From the NCBI GenBank assembly GCA_009859145.1, contig VRVR01000013.1, positions 86,786 through 150,785 of the forward strand: a stretch of 64,000 nucleotides of DNA, read 5' to 3'. The translations under genes were made by a program, and so were the position numbers. This document shows, in pieces, positions 41,713 through 51,442 of this stretch (the first letter of the stretch is position 1; each line of letters begins with the position of its first letter). The stretch is from Andalucia godoyi And28. Taxonomy: Eukaryota > Protista > Jakobida. Below the pieces are notes generated by a model. That model was not told the origin of the DNA. It saw only the letters and a list, made by a program, of their open reading frames with translations, and made no database searches.

Positions 41713-42453
41713 TTAATGATAACGCGCGCGAGCTGCCGGCTTGTTCTTCTTGGCAGGAAACGGCGTCTTTTTGTCTGCAGAAGACGCTTCAAAGTCTCTC
41801 TTTCGGCTGGTCTGCTGCGTCGACTCTGATCGCGACACTGGCTTCGGGTTCTCACGTGCATGTCTCCGTTCTTCATACCCAACCTTTCGACTGCCACTGC
41901 CACTGCCACTGCCACTGCCACTGCCACTGCCACTGCCACTGCCACTGCCATTACCATTGGCACCTTGAAACTCGGCTCGTGACGCTTCGATGGCAATACC
42001 GTTTGTCCGTTGCATCTTTCCCCACAGTTTCTGTCTCTGCTTCTGCAGCTTGTCATTTCTACTCTTGATCTTTTCCATTCTCTTTGCCGAATGACCACCG
42101 CCACCAGCACTTAGCTCGACGTTAATTTCACGGTCTAGCAGGCGCGAGTGATGCAGCCCAAGCCCCTTTTCAAGTGCTGCACGCGTAGAAAACTCTGCAA
42201 ATGCACATCCGCGAGACCGCACTTCTCGCTTTTCGCGCTTTTCCGTCAAGAGACGGACGCTCACAGTCCCGCGGTCACCGATCGCACTCGAAAAGTGAGC
42301 TGCAATGTCTTCAACCGTCGCAGAGTAAGGAAGATTTCCTACAAACAATATGAACCGCTTCGGCCCTCCTTTCTCCTGCCCATCGCCTTCCGAACCAGAC
42401 TCGGAGCCAGCCAGATGTTCATGTTTTTCGTCACCGGACTCGCTATCGGACAT
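41713..42453 (-). CDS. RRM nucleolar protein, Nop6-like
   Basis: RFILFVGNLPY (RNP2), SRGCAFAEF (RNP1) and INVELSAGGGG..RMEKIK as in fungal Nop6. Internal (GS)n tract. Confidence 0.8.
   Translation of the reverse strand: MSDSESGDEKHEHLAGSESGSEGDGQEKGGPKRFILFVGNLPYSATVEDIAAHFSSAIGDRGTVSVRLLTEKREKREVRSRGCAFAEFSTRAALEKGLGLHHSRLLDREINVELSAGGGGHSAKRMEKIKSRNDKLQKQRQKLWGKMQRTNGIAIEASRAEFQGANGNGSGSGSGSGSGSGSGSGSGSRKVGYEERRHARENPKPVSRSESTQQTSRKRDFEASSADKKTPFPAKKNKPAARARYH
41890..41950. repeat. (ACTGCC)n hexanucleotide repeat encoding poly-GlySer in the Nop6-like protein
   Basis: About 10 copies, read directly. Confidence 0.95.
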
Positions 42454-42742
42454 TCTTCTTTTCCCTTCTTTGTTTTCCTTCTATCTTTTTTCTTTTGGTC
42501 CTTGCTTTCGAACTGTTTTTCCCCCCCGTGAGCTCGTGTATGTGTATATGTATGTGTGTACGTTTGTGTGTATGTGTGTGTGTGTGTGGACTGACGAAAC
42601 AAACAAATCGACTCGATCCTACAATGAAAATGCAATGGTAACGCAGAAAGAAGGGAAAAGAAACGGAAACGGAACAGCGAAACTCGGAGTTTTATGAGTC
42701 TTTAAGCGGGGAATTATCGGGTATTTTCTTTTTAAAGAGAGT

Positions 42743-42800
42743 TTTCCTTTCGTTTTTCTGTTTCCTTTCGTTTTTCTGTTTCCTTTCGTTTTTCTGTTTC
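42743..42800. repeat. 18-bp tandem repeat TTTCCTTTCGTTTTTCTG x3 in a divergent promoter
   Basis: Three exact copies at 42743, 42761 and 42779 plus a partial copy. Confidence 0.9.
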
Positions 42801-42863
42801 CCTTTGATTTGATGTTGTTAATTTCGGATTTGACAGAGCACAGAGGGGCGCTGTGGGAAGGAT

Positions 42864-44300
42864 ATGGACGATGATGAAGAGGGGAGAGCATGCGAAGACA
42901 AGGATGTTTCGGAGGTTTTGGAAGGGAGCGGGTTTGTGTCGGAGGAAGTGTCCGGGACAACAATGCAGCAGCAGCAGCAACATTGTGGGGCTTGCGGCAG
43001 AGCATCGTCTGTGACATGGATACACGGGGCACTCACCTGCGTTGCATGCGGATACGTGTCTGATGCGTTACAAGCAGTCTCGGATGCAGAGTTTATGACT
43101 TTGCGCAACAGAACGTTTCTTGCCAGCGGCTCGTTTGTGCCATTGCATGAACGAAACAAGCGTGCAGAGTGGGTCCAACATGAAATTAAAAGAATATGCA
43201 CGGTGTTGCAGCTGCCATTGGCCATTTTGGAGCATGCAAAGCGGCTTTTGGTACATCATGTTCGCGGAGACTGGTCCAATCATGGGCGTTTGCGACGGAC
43301 TGCTGCCGCTGCAGTCTTGGCATCATGTCGAGGGAAAAGAGAGCCTGTTCATGCTGGGAAGTTGTCAGAGTGTTTTGGATGTCCTGTGTCCGATGTAGTC
43401 CATCTTGCGCAAAGAATGATCCAAGAAGAGTTTGGGGAGTCGTCCAATGATGCTGCGGGTTCGTCTTTGGCGTCGTCGTCGTCATCGTCATCGGGGTCGT
43501 CGTCGTCGTCACCGGATTCAGGAAATCGGAGTAGGTCATTAATGCGACTTTGTCCAGAGGATGTTGTGGAACATGTGCTAAAACGATGTTTTGCGCAACA
43601 TCCGAACCAGGAGCTGCACGTTGCTGCGCTGAGACTGTGCGGACTGGCACGGAAGGCGTTGTTGACGGAAGGACGGAATGCATACATCGCTGCGGGAGCC
43701 GCAATGCTAATGGGGCTAGAGTTGCTTGGATTGGATAAGAAAGAACAAGAGGAACTTATCTTGACTCATTGTGATGCCTCCAAGGCAGCAATTCTTCAAG
43801 GTCGCTGCCAGTTGCGAGAGCTGTTGTTGCACGCATCGGATGTATTCCTGGGCTCCAGCAGGTCTCCCACACAGAGGCCACACCACGCAGGCCCTAATCA
43901 AAAGACAAAAAAGTCCGTTTCATCGGCTCTCCCGTCGTTGATGAAGCAGTCGCTGCGGCTACGGCAACAGTTTGTTTTAAAACATCTTGAACATCTCGTT
44001 GCTCTGGATGCGAAAGCTGCCGTCTTGACGGTTGATCCTCCTGCGTATGTGAAAGCGAAAAGAAAACGAGAACTACGCGACAAGCTGATTGACGACGCCA
44101 AAGCCGGCATACTCGACGATTCCCACCCTATGAATTATTGGGTGCAGAATGGCGCCGACGAACTCGCGCTCCGAGAAGGGATCGTCGTGCTCCCTCACAA
44201 GGAGCTGACGGAAGAAGAGCTGGACAGAGAAGCTGATTTGTGCATCCGACATCCCCGTGAGTTGGAAGCCTTGGCGCGTCTTCAAGAGAAGGAACCATAG
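42864..44300 (+). CDS. TFIIB-related factor of TFIIIB, BRF2-like
   Basis: Zn ribbon CGACG...CVACG, two cyclin folds (ICTVLQLP; EGRNAYIAAGAAM), DPPAY, and a terminal ELDREADLCIRHPRE similar to the BRF TBP-anchor motif. Confidence 0.75.
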   Translation: MDDDEEGRACEDKDVSEVLEGSGFVSEEVSGTTMQQQQQHCGACGRASSVTWIHGALTCVACGYVSDALQAVSDAEFMTLRNRTFLASGSFVPLHERNKRAEWVQHEIKRICTVLQLPLAILEHAKRLLVHHVRGDWSNHGRLRRTAAAAVLASCRGKREPVHAGKLSECFGCPVSDVVHLAQRMIQEEFGESSNDAAGSSLASSSSSSSGSSSSSPDSGNRSRSLMRLCPEDVVEHVLKRCFAQHPNQELHVAALRLCGLARKALLTEGRNAYIAAGAAMLMGLELLGLDKKEQEELILTHCDASKAAILQGRCQLRELLLHASDVFLGSSRSPTQRPHHAGPNQKTKKSVSSALPSLMKQSLRLRQQFVLKHLEHLVALDAKAAVLTVDPPAYVKAKRKRELRDKLIDDAKAGILDDSHPMNYWVQNGADELALREGIVVLPHKELTEEELDREADLCIRHPRELEALARLQEKEP

Positions 44301-44422
44301 CAGCAAGCTCAACCAGACGACAGTTCTTGAAAACCCATGCGAGTTGAAAAAGCATTTTATGTAAGAAAGGGAGGGAGGGAACATGATTTGGAAATTACTG
44401 TCTTTTCGGCTGCCTGCTCTTG

Positions 44423-46387
44423 TCAAGAATGGTCCGTGAATCTCGCTTGTACTCGCTCGCCGGAACGCAAGACCTTTGTGGCGGGAGCTGGAAGCTGGAG
44501 CCCCATGTCCTGCACATCTGCACCCAGCCCCGACCACGACGAATTAAGAATTTCAAACTTACCACTGATTCCGACACACCGAACTGGTTCGGAGTTGACA
44601 TCTTGCTCTTCAACAGATAGTTTTGCAAACAACTGAGCCCTCTGCGCTTCTGGCCCAGTAATTTTCCATATAAACCTTTTTGCTTGCGGATTCCAGTTGC
44701 ACGGCGCAGGCTTACCAACACCCTGTGAAACTGGCCCACCTTCCACGTAGAGCGCAAATGTTACTTCAGACGTCCTGGCGGACTCCTTGACGAACTGCGG
44801 ATTGAATATGTACTCAAACATGAAAACACCGCTCTTGGACTTGCCGGTGATCGTCCCGTCCTGCGCTGTAACATCTGTGCGACGAAGCTCCTTGCGAAAC
44901 TTGAACGGCTGTTCTCGAAATCCTGCAGCGGATTTGTACGTACAGAGTGGAATCCGAGGCTGCTGTGAGGATTTGAGTTGAGACTTTGAAAACTTGGACA
45001 GCACAAACGAAGCCGACCCATCAGACACAGACAGCTGCGCACCAAGTTCGGGATTTGCTTGGATCCCGTCCACTTTGTCCGCGGGAAAACTCAATTTAAT
45101 TCCAAAAGATGGCAGCGTCTCCGGCCACGAGGACATGTCAACAGTCTGATTCAAACGCAGGTAGACGGCCCCTTCGCCAGTCAATGCTGTCATGCGCGCT
45201 TCTGTAAATCCAACTTGCACAGTCTCTTCAATATCCACAAAGAATGGAATGGTGCCCTTCGGATATGAGAACACAGGAAGAATCGACGACACTCCCAAGT
45301 TGGACGATGCCGATGCAACAGGAGCATCTCCAAACAAAAAGAGATCATCGACGGGACTTGCACCGGCACCAGAAGACGTTGAATTGCTGTTGGTGGTGGT
45401 GGGAGTTGTCATCATGCCCATTTGTCCAAAGAAATCATCGAAAGATGATGCAGCACTGTGCGACGGTGCGTTGCTGGGTGCTGCAACTGGAATGGGCTTT
45501 TGCGGCTGAGCTGCAGCCGTAGCAGATGAACCTCCGGCAAAAAAGCTGAACAGATCATCGGAAGCAGCTGCAGGCGCAGGCTGGGTGGATTGTGCAGACT
45601 GCATCCCAGAAGATGGCTGCGACACTGTGGACCCCGAGCCCGTACCAAAACCAAAACCAGAGCCAGAACCGTTGCTGGACACAGATGATGTGCGTCCGTG
45701 TGCGCCAACATCCAAATTCTTGACGGTGACCTGCTTGCCAAAGTCCAAATCTTCTGGTTTCTTTTCGCGTTTTCTCTCCTTTGGCGGCTTGGGAACCGTG
45801 ACGATTTCGTGTCCTGCAACAGAAAATGCGGAATTGTTCTTTCCAAGATCATCGGGATCGGGTTCGGAGCTCGAATCCGCCTGGTCAAACAGTGACTTGA
45901 CTTTCAGTTTCGACAACTGTTCGACGGTGATATTGTATACAAAGAACGGACGGTCTGGCTGCCATTTCGTGACCCCGTTACTCAGAACGGAAGAGGGATT
46001 CGAAGGCCGTCGGGACTGGACATCCTTTTGCTTCATTGTGCAGAGATTGACAGCCGTCGCAACGCCATCTGGTCCCTTCCACAGCAGCTCCTCAAATGCA
46101 AGCAGCAGTTCGATCTGCTTCTTCAGGCCTGCATTCTCAAACATGATATCCGCAAGTCTCACAGACGACACCGACACAATAAACTTCGTCATGCACTCGA
46201 GCATCGTCCACCCATACTCTCGCACTCCGTCATGCGGCAGCACACACACCAAGACACAGTCATTGATTCGAACAAACTGAGCCAGATATCGATGGTAGAT
46301 CACATGTTCCCCATGCTCCATCAACACATTCTTCGTAATGTTGCGAGACGAGATGGAGAACTGCTTTTCATAAAACTGAAGAGTCAT
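44423..46387 (-). CDS. TSET/TPLATE-complex medium subunit TCUP/TML-like (longin + disordered linker + mu-homology domain)
   Basis: N-terminal longin-like region ending KKQIELLLAFEELLWKG. Linker with DDLF/DDFF motifs. C-terminal MHD-like beta region (VDIEETVQ..GEGAV, CNWNPQAKRFIWKI). Confidence 0.65.
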   Translation of the reverse strand: MTLQFYEKQFSISSRNITKNVLMEHGEHVIYHRYLAQFVRINDCVLVCVLPHDGVREYGWTMLECMTKFIVSVSSVRLADIMFENAGLKKQIELLLAFEELLWKGPDGVATAVNLCTMKQKDVQSRRPSNPSSVLSNGVTKWQPDRPFFVYNITVEQLSKLKVKSLFDQADSSSEPDPDDLGKNNSAFSVAGHEIVTVPKPPKERKREKKPEDLDFGKQVTVKNLDVGAHGRTSSVSSNGSGSGFGFGTGSGSTVSQPSSGMQSAQSTQPAPAAASDDLFSFFAGGSSATAAAQPQKPIPVAAPSNAPSHSAASSFDDFFGQMGMMTTPTTTNSNSTSSGAGASPVDDLFLFGDAPVASASSNLGVSSILPVFSYPKGTIPFFVDIEETVQVGFTEARMTALTGEGAVYLRLNQTVDMSSWPETLPSFGIKLSFPADKVDGIQANPELGAQLSVSDGSASFVLSKFSKSQLKSSQQPRIPLCTYKSAAGFREQPFKFRKELRRTDVTAQDGTITGKSKSGVFMFEYIFNPQFVKESARTSEVTFALYVEGGPVSQGVGKPAPCNWNPQAKRFIWKITGPEAQRAQLFAKLSVEEQDVNSEPVRCVGISGKFEILNSSWSGLGADVQDMGLQLPAPATKVLRSGERVQARFTDHS

Positions 46388-46512
46388 CGCGCGCGCAAGC
46401 TCAAACGAAGTCTCCCCTTTCCTACACCACCACGTTCACATTCATATCCACCAAAACACGCACACCACAGCAACACCAACATCAACAACACTAACATTAA
46501 TACACCATCCCA

Positions 46513-46558
<46 letters not shown>

Positions 46559-47848
46559 AGAGGAGCGCGGACGTAAAAAGAATAACAAGAACAAGTGAAC
46601 AAGGAACAGAGAACAGAGAGAGTATCATACCGTTGAAGCGCAACGACGCGAGGAGTCAATGCATGCTGGATAAAAATTGCAGAAGCCATATCAAGACTCG
46701 TGTTTCTTGCCTGCGTTCTCCTTCCTCCTTCTTTTTTTTCAGAGTCGAAAAGGCTGAGTTACACAACAGCCAAACACAACCAATCCCTGTCCTCCAAGAA
46801 AATCAGAAATTTTGAAAGAAAATGCTTTATTAAATTTAATTAAAAAAAACAATATATAAAATAAAATAAAATAAAACTTTAAAAGGTTTTTCATGAACAC
46901 CGATAGGAAAAGGAAAAACGTGTATTTACACTCCAACCCAAATGTCTGGTGGATGGCTGCGATATCATCGGTCTGAGACTACAGCCGTCGACATTGCTGT
47001 TGAATGAAGACCGACCTTTTCCCCCCTGCAGATTGCTGCTACCGGCTGTCGTCGTTGTCGCTGTTGTTGGTGTCGCGGCGGCGTAGGTGTGCAGGTCGAC
47101 GCCCCAATGAGAGACACTGTCCAATACTGACAACCCGATTCCTTGTAATCGATGACTCCTCCACCGCGGCCTCTCTCTGTCTGCGGTGCACACCATTTGC
47201 CAATCAGCAAAATAAATACAATATCCGCTCGATTGTAGTGGTGAAAACAGAGAATGAAAGATCGAGAGAGAATGAACAAGTGGATTAAGAATGCGGAATG
47301 GCAATAAATGAAGCTCGTTGAAATCCCTGGCTTTCTCCTGGTTCCGAGGGTCCAAACGGCTTCTAACGAATGCACTCATTGATCCATTCGAGAGCTCTGA
47401 ACAGGAAAACATGTTGTTTCTGTTTCGGGGTGCGGACACCCGCGGATGTCCCACTCAAAAGGAGAGCTTTCATTGGATGGGACGCTGATGCTCATTGATA
47501 AAGTCCCTCTACGCCAAATAATCTGTTGTTGAGACGCAGCATGCGAGCCAAATGTTTGAAGAAGTATGCATTTGACGGTAATACTGCATCGTACAGCATC
47601 GCTTGCATCCATTGATGCAACGGGTCATTTTTTTCCTTCGCGCTTTTTTTTCCTAAGAAATCGATAGCTTTTGATATATACATCTATATGTGTGTGTAGG
47701 TATATATGTTAATTGTTTTCCTCTTGCTGAGATTCTGGTTATGTGTTTGCGTTTATTCTTCTTTTATTTAAAATTTTGAAATTTTTTTAAAAAGTTAGTT
47801 GTTAGATTGTACGTGTTTCCGCGGTTCTTGTGTAATTTTCAGAGGGAA

Positions 47849-48826
47849 ATGGCGCCTACTCTTCCAAGTCATTTGCAAGATATCCGAGATAGGGTGACGA
47901 TTGGTCGTGAAGCACCTGCGAACACAGAAGCGTTTGTCTCTTCGAATGCGTTTTCGCCGTCAGGAATTGACAATTCGTTCGTTCTTTCGTCATTCAAGGA
48001 CGGCTTCTCAATCCGGATCATTGAAAAGTCATTCCACCATCTGGTGTTCGACATGGTTGGCATTGATGCACCTTTGGCCAATGCATTTCGACGAATTTTG
48101 CTTGGCGAAGTCCCGACGTTTGCTATCGAGTATGTGGACTTCATCGATAACACATCGATTATTGCGGATGAAAACCTTGCGCATCGGCTAGGGCTTGTAC
48201 CGCTGAACATTGACCCTCGGAAGTATCCAGAGGATAAGGAATTTACATTTGCGCTGAAGGCGACGTGTAAGAGGAAACCCGGCGCAGATGCGGACTCGGA
48301 CGTCCAGGTCAAGTACGAGAATGCCCACGTCTATTCATCATCCCTCATTTGCATTTCGGACCCAGAAATCAGACCTGTACACGAGGATATCTTGATCGCG
48401 AAGCTCAGACCCGGTCAGTCGATCGAATTCACGTGCATTGCAAAGAAAGGAATGGGCTCCGTTCATGCAAAGTGGTCTCCCGTAGCGACTGCGACATACA
48501 GAATGCTGCCGGCGATCACGATTGTCGATGAGGAGTTCTTCAGGGGCGAAAACGCAAAGGAGCTGGTGAAGAGATGCCCGATGGGCGTGTACGATATTGA
48601 GGATGGCCATGCGATTGTGGCAAAGCCGAGAAATTGCACGATGTGCAGAGAATGCATTCGGGAAAAGGGATGGGAGGACAAGATCAAGCTGCAGAGGCTG
48701 CGGCAGCACTTTGTGTTTTCCATCGAATCGGTGGGGATGATGTCTGCAACTGACATTTTCCGACAGGCGACAGATGTGCTGATTAAGAAGTGCGCCAGCC
48801 TACATGAGGATGTCGGAAAAGTGTAA
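47849..48826 (+). CDS. POLR1C: RNA polymerase I/III subunit AC40 (RPC40)
   Basis: FDMVGIDAPLANAFRRILLGEVPTFAIE, NTSIIADENLAHRLGLVPL, DILIAKLRPGQ, HAKWSPVATATYR and RNCTMCREC. Confidence 0.97.
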   Translation: MAPTLPSHLQDIRDRVTIGREAPANTEAFVSSNAFSPSGIDNSFVLSSFKDGFSIRIIEKSFHHLVFDMVGIDAPLANAFRRILLGEVPTFAIEYVDFIDNTSIIADENLAHRLGLVPLNIDPRKYPEDKEFTFALKATCKRKPGADADSDVQVKYENAHVYSSSLICISDPEIRPVHEDILIAKLRPGQSIEFTCIAKKGMGSVHAKWSPVATATYRMLPAITIVDEEFFRGENAKELVKRCPMGVYDIEDGHAIVAKPRNCTMCRECIREKGWEDKIKLQRLRQHFVFSIESVGMMSATDIFRQATDVLIKKCASLHEDVGKV

Positions 48827-48851
48827 AAGGGAGAGGAAATTTTGTTTTACT

Positions 48852-48891
<40 letters not shown>

Positions 48892-49135
48892 CAACAATAC
48901 GCAAACGCGCAATCTCGGAATTCACGGCACGGCGATGTTTGGCGATTGCCGTCACTGGAATGTTAACTCAAAATAGTGCGCAGGAATCGGAAACGAGACG
49001 GCCGACAACACGGATGTGCCGGGGGAGCATCGGCAAGAGGAAGAACACAAAGAAAGAAAAAAGAAGAAAACTATGGAATACCAAACAACAACAACGACAA
49101 CGACGATGACGACGACGAAAAGAATCATTCGGTGC

Positions 49136-51062
49136 TTATGAACACGGCAGAATATGTGCAACATTCGGAGGATCTTTGCGCTCGACGATTTCCTCAACTG
49201 CGAACGCACAACGGAAGAGAAGGTCCTCTCTCCAGTGCGCGGACATTATCTGGAGACCAATGGGAAGGTTTTCTCCCGTGGCCGATGCGACATAACCAAT
49301 GGGCACGGAGATCGCAGGAACTCCAGTGAGATTGGCTAGGAATGCGTACTGCATGACTCGCGCCTGCATCGATGCAGCAAGCTCTCCATGAGGAAGCGCG
49401 GATTCGACAATCTTTGACGGCGGTATTGCCGTCATCGGAGTGATGATGACGTCGCACTGGTCTCGAAACATCTCGCCCAAGACGAACATCAGATCGTGAC
49501 GGATACGCTGAGCCTTCATGAAATCCATGCTCGACCAGTTTTTTGTCACTTCAAACTGCACTCTCGATCCGTTCAGCAGCTGTGATCGGACCTTATCGTA
49601 CTGCTCGCCAAGCTCGTCCATAAGCTCACAGCTGATCGTGATGATATGCGCCCAGCGCGCAGCTTGTAGGTTTGGCACAACAACATTGACAACCCGGGCA
49701 CCCCGCAGCTCCAGTTCCTTGACCATTGCATGCGACTGCATTCGAACCTGCGGATCACAGTCCTCGAACCACGGCTTAAACACTCCAATTCTCAAATCGG
49801 ACAAATCTTTTGTCTTGGTGACGCTCTTCGAGATCTTGCAATGGACATCGGGACAAGACCTTGTTGCAGAATCCCTCTCGATGTCGTCGTGACCGGCCAT
49901 CACAACATACGAAATCAAGCAGTCCATCACACTCTGTCCGAGTGGACCAAGAGATAAGATGGACGCAGTGTCAGCCAAGTGGCCGGCTCGCGAAACACGG
50001 CCGAATGAAGGCTTCAGTCCTACGACCCCGCAGTAGCAAGCCGGTAAGCGCACGGATCCGCCACCGTCACCCCCGAGAGCAATGGGACACATTCCAACAC
50101 CCACTGCCACACCAGAACCCGAGCTCGAGCCGCCTGTGTGATACCCCGGCGCATGTGGGTTTCTGGGAATGCCCCAGCGCAGATTATGGCCCGTGATTCC
50201 AAATCCAAGCTCATGCATATTGGTCTTTCCGATCATAATTGCCCCGGCAGCTCGGAGCCGCGCGACAATTGTCGCATCTGAAGTTGGCTGCCGTGAAACA
50301 AGATGCGTCCCGGCCTCCGTGACATAGGGCAAGCAGTCCGTTTCGTCCTTTACAGCAATCGGAACGCCATCCAAAATGGACAGCGGCTTTCCGTCCGCCC
50401 AGCGCTGCGCCGAAAGCCTTGCCTGTCTCAGTATGTCGTTATCGTTCACATAGATTAATGCGTTGAGATGCGAAAATGTCGACACTTCCTTGATAATCGA
50501 ACGCGCAACATCTTCTGGATTTGTTTTTCCATTCAAGTACGCATTATAATAATCCATGCATGTTGGCAATGTTGACCCTTTTGGTCGTCGGTTCGCAAAC
50601 TCTGGATTCTGCGAAAAGACAAACAACGACTCTGCATTGGAAAAGCTGTACACGGGAGCTGGCTGCGACACAGAATGCACCACAGGAAGCGGATCATACA
50701 CGACTCGAGACGAGGTTTCGTAATCTCGAAACCTCTGGATTCCAGAGTCCGAAAGGATCTTGGGAACCAGCAAATGCTTCACCATCGTGGATTCAATGGC
50801 ATTCGTAAACATCTGCAACACGGTTCCTTTTCTGTGACCTCCCAAAAAAAAAAACGGGGAAGAAAAATAATCACCATCGAAATTGAAAGGAAAGGTTAGG
50901 AAATACAAGGGTGGAGAAAAATACAAAAAGAATTACGAATAATCATGCTCGGGAAAGAGAAGAAGAAAGGGGGGAAAATACATGCAATTTTGGAGCTTGG
51001 ATTGGACGAAGATCATATGCTTCTTCGCATTCTGTGGCTTCACGATCTCGTTTACGAGACAT
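49136..51062 (-). CDS. Amidase-signature enzyme (plant/bacterial FAAH-like); predicted exon 1 at 51062-50982, exon 2 from about 50827 to 49136
   Basis: LDGVPIAVKD, GKTNMHELG, TGGSSSGS, GGDGGGSVRLPA and LPIGLQIM. The upstream mini-exon MSRKRDREATECEEAYDLRPIQAPKLH resembles the FAAH-type N-terminus and is followed by GTATTT and a pyrimidine-rich intron containing CTAAC. Confidence 0.88.
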
Positions 51063-51442
51063 TTCTTCTTCTTCTTAACTGTCGGTTGTCGAAAATGTTT
51101 TCACGAGTTGGAAGAAGAAGGGAATTAAAAGAAAAAAAAGAGGGAAAAAACAGAAAAGACAGCACACTCTGCAATAAGTGCCTTTGGTTGGATGGGTTTT
51201 CGGTAATTTTACGTGGAAGGAAAATGCAGCAGATCAAGTGGAAGTTTCAACATCCCGCCCATTTTCGAACAGGGGAAAATGTTCGTTACAGCAGCCAGTC
51301 TCAGCCTGTGCTGCGAAAATTAAAAATTAAAAAATGGGTAAGAAGAAAAAGAAGAGGGAGGAGGAGGAAAACACGCCATTGGTTTGGAGAGGGTGAAAAA
51401 TGTTCTTTTAAAAATAAACTTTTGGGGGCGGGGGGGTGGGTT

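Noticed and set aside
46970-46981. GGTCTGAGACTA, identical to part of human RNase P RNA
   Set aside because: The preceding GGAA of CR-I and a matching CR-V are not present.
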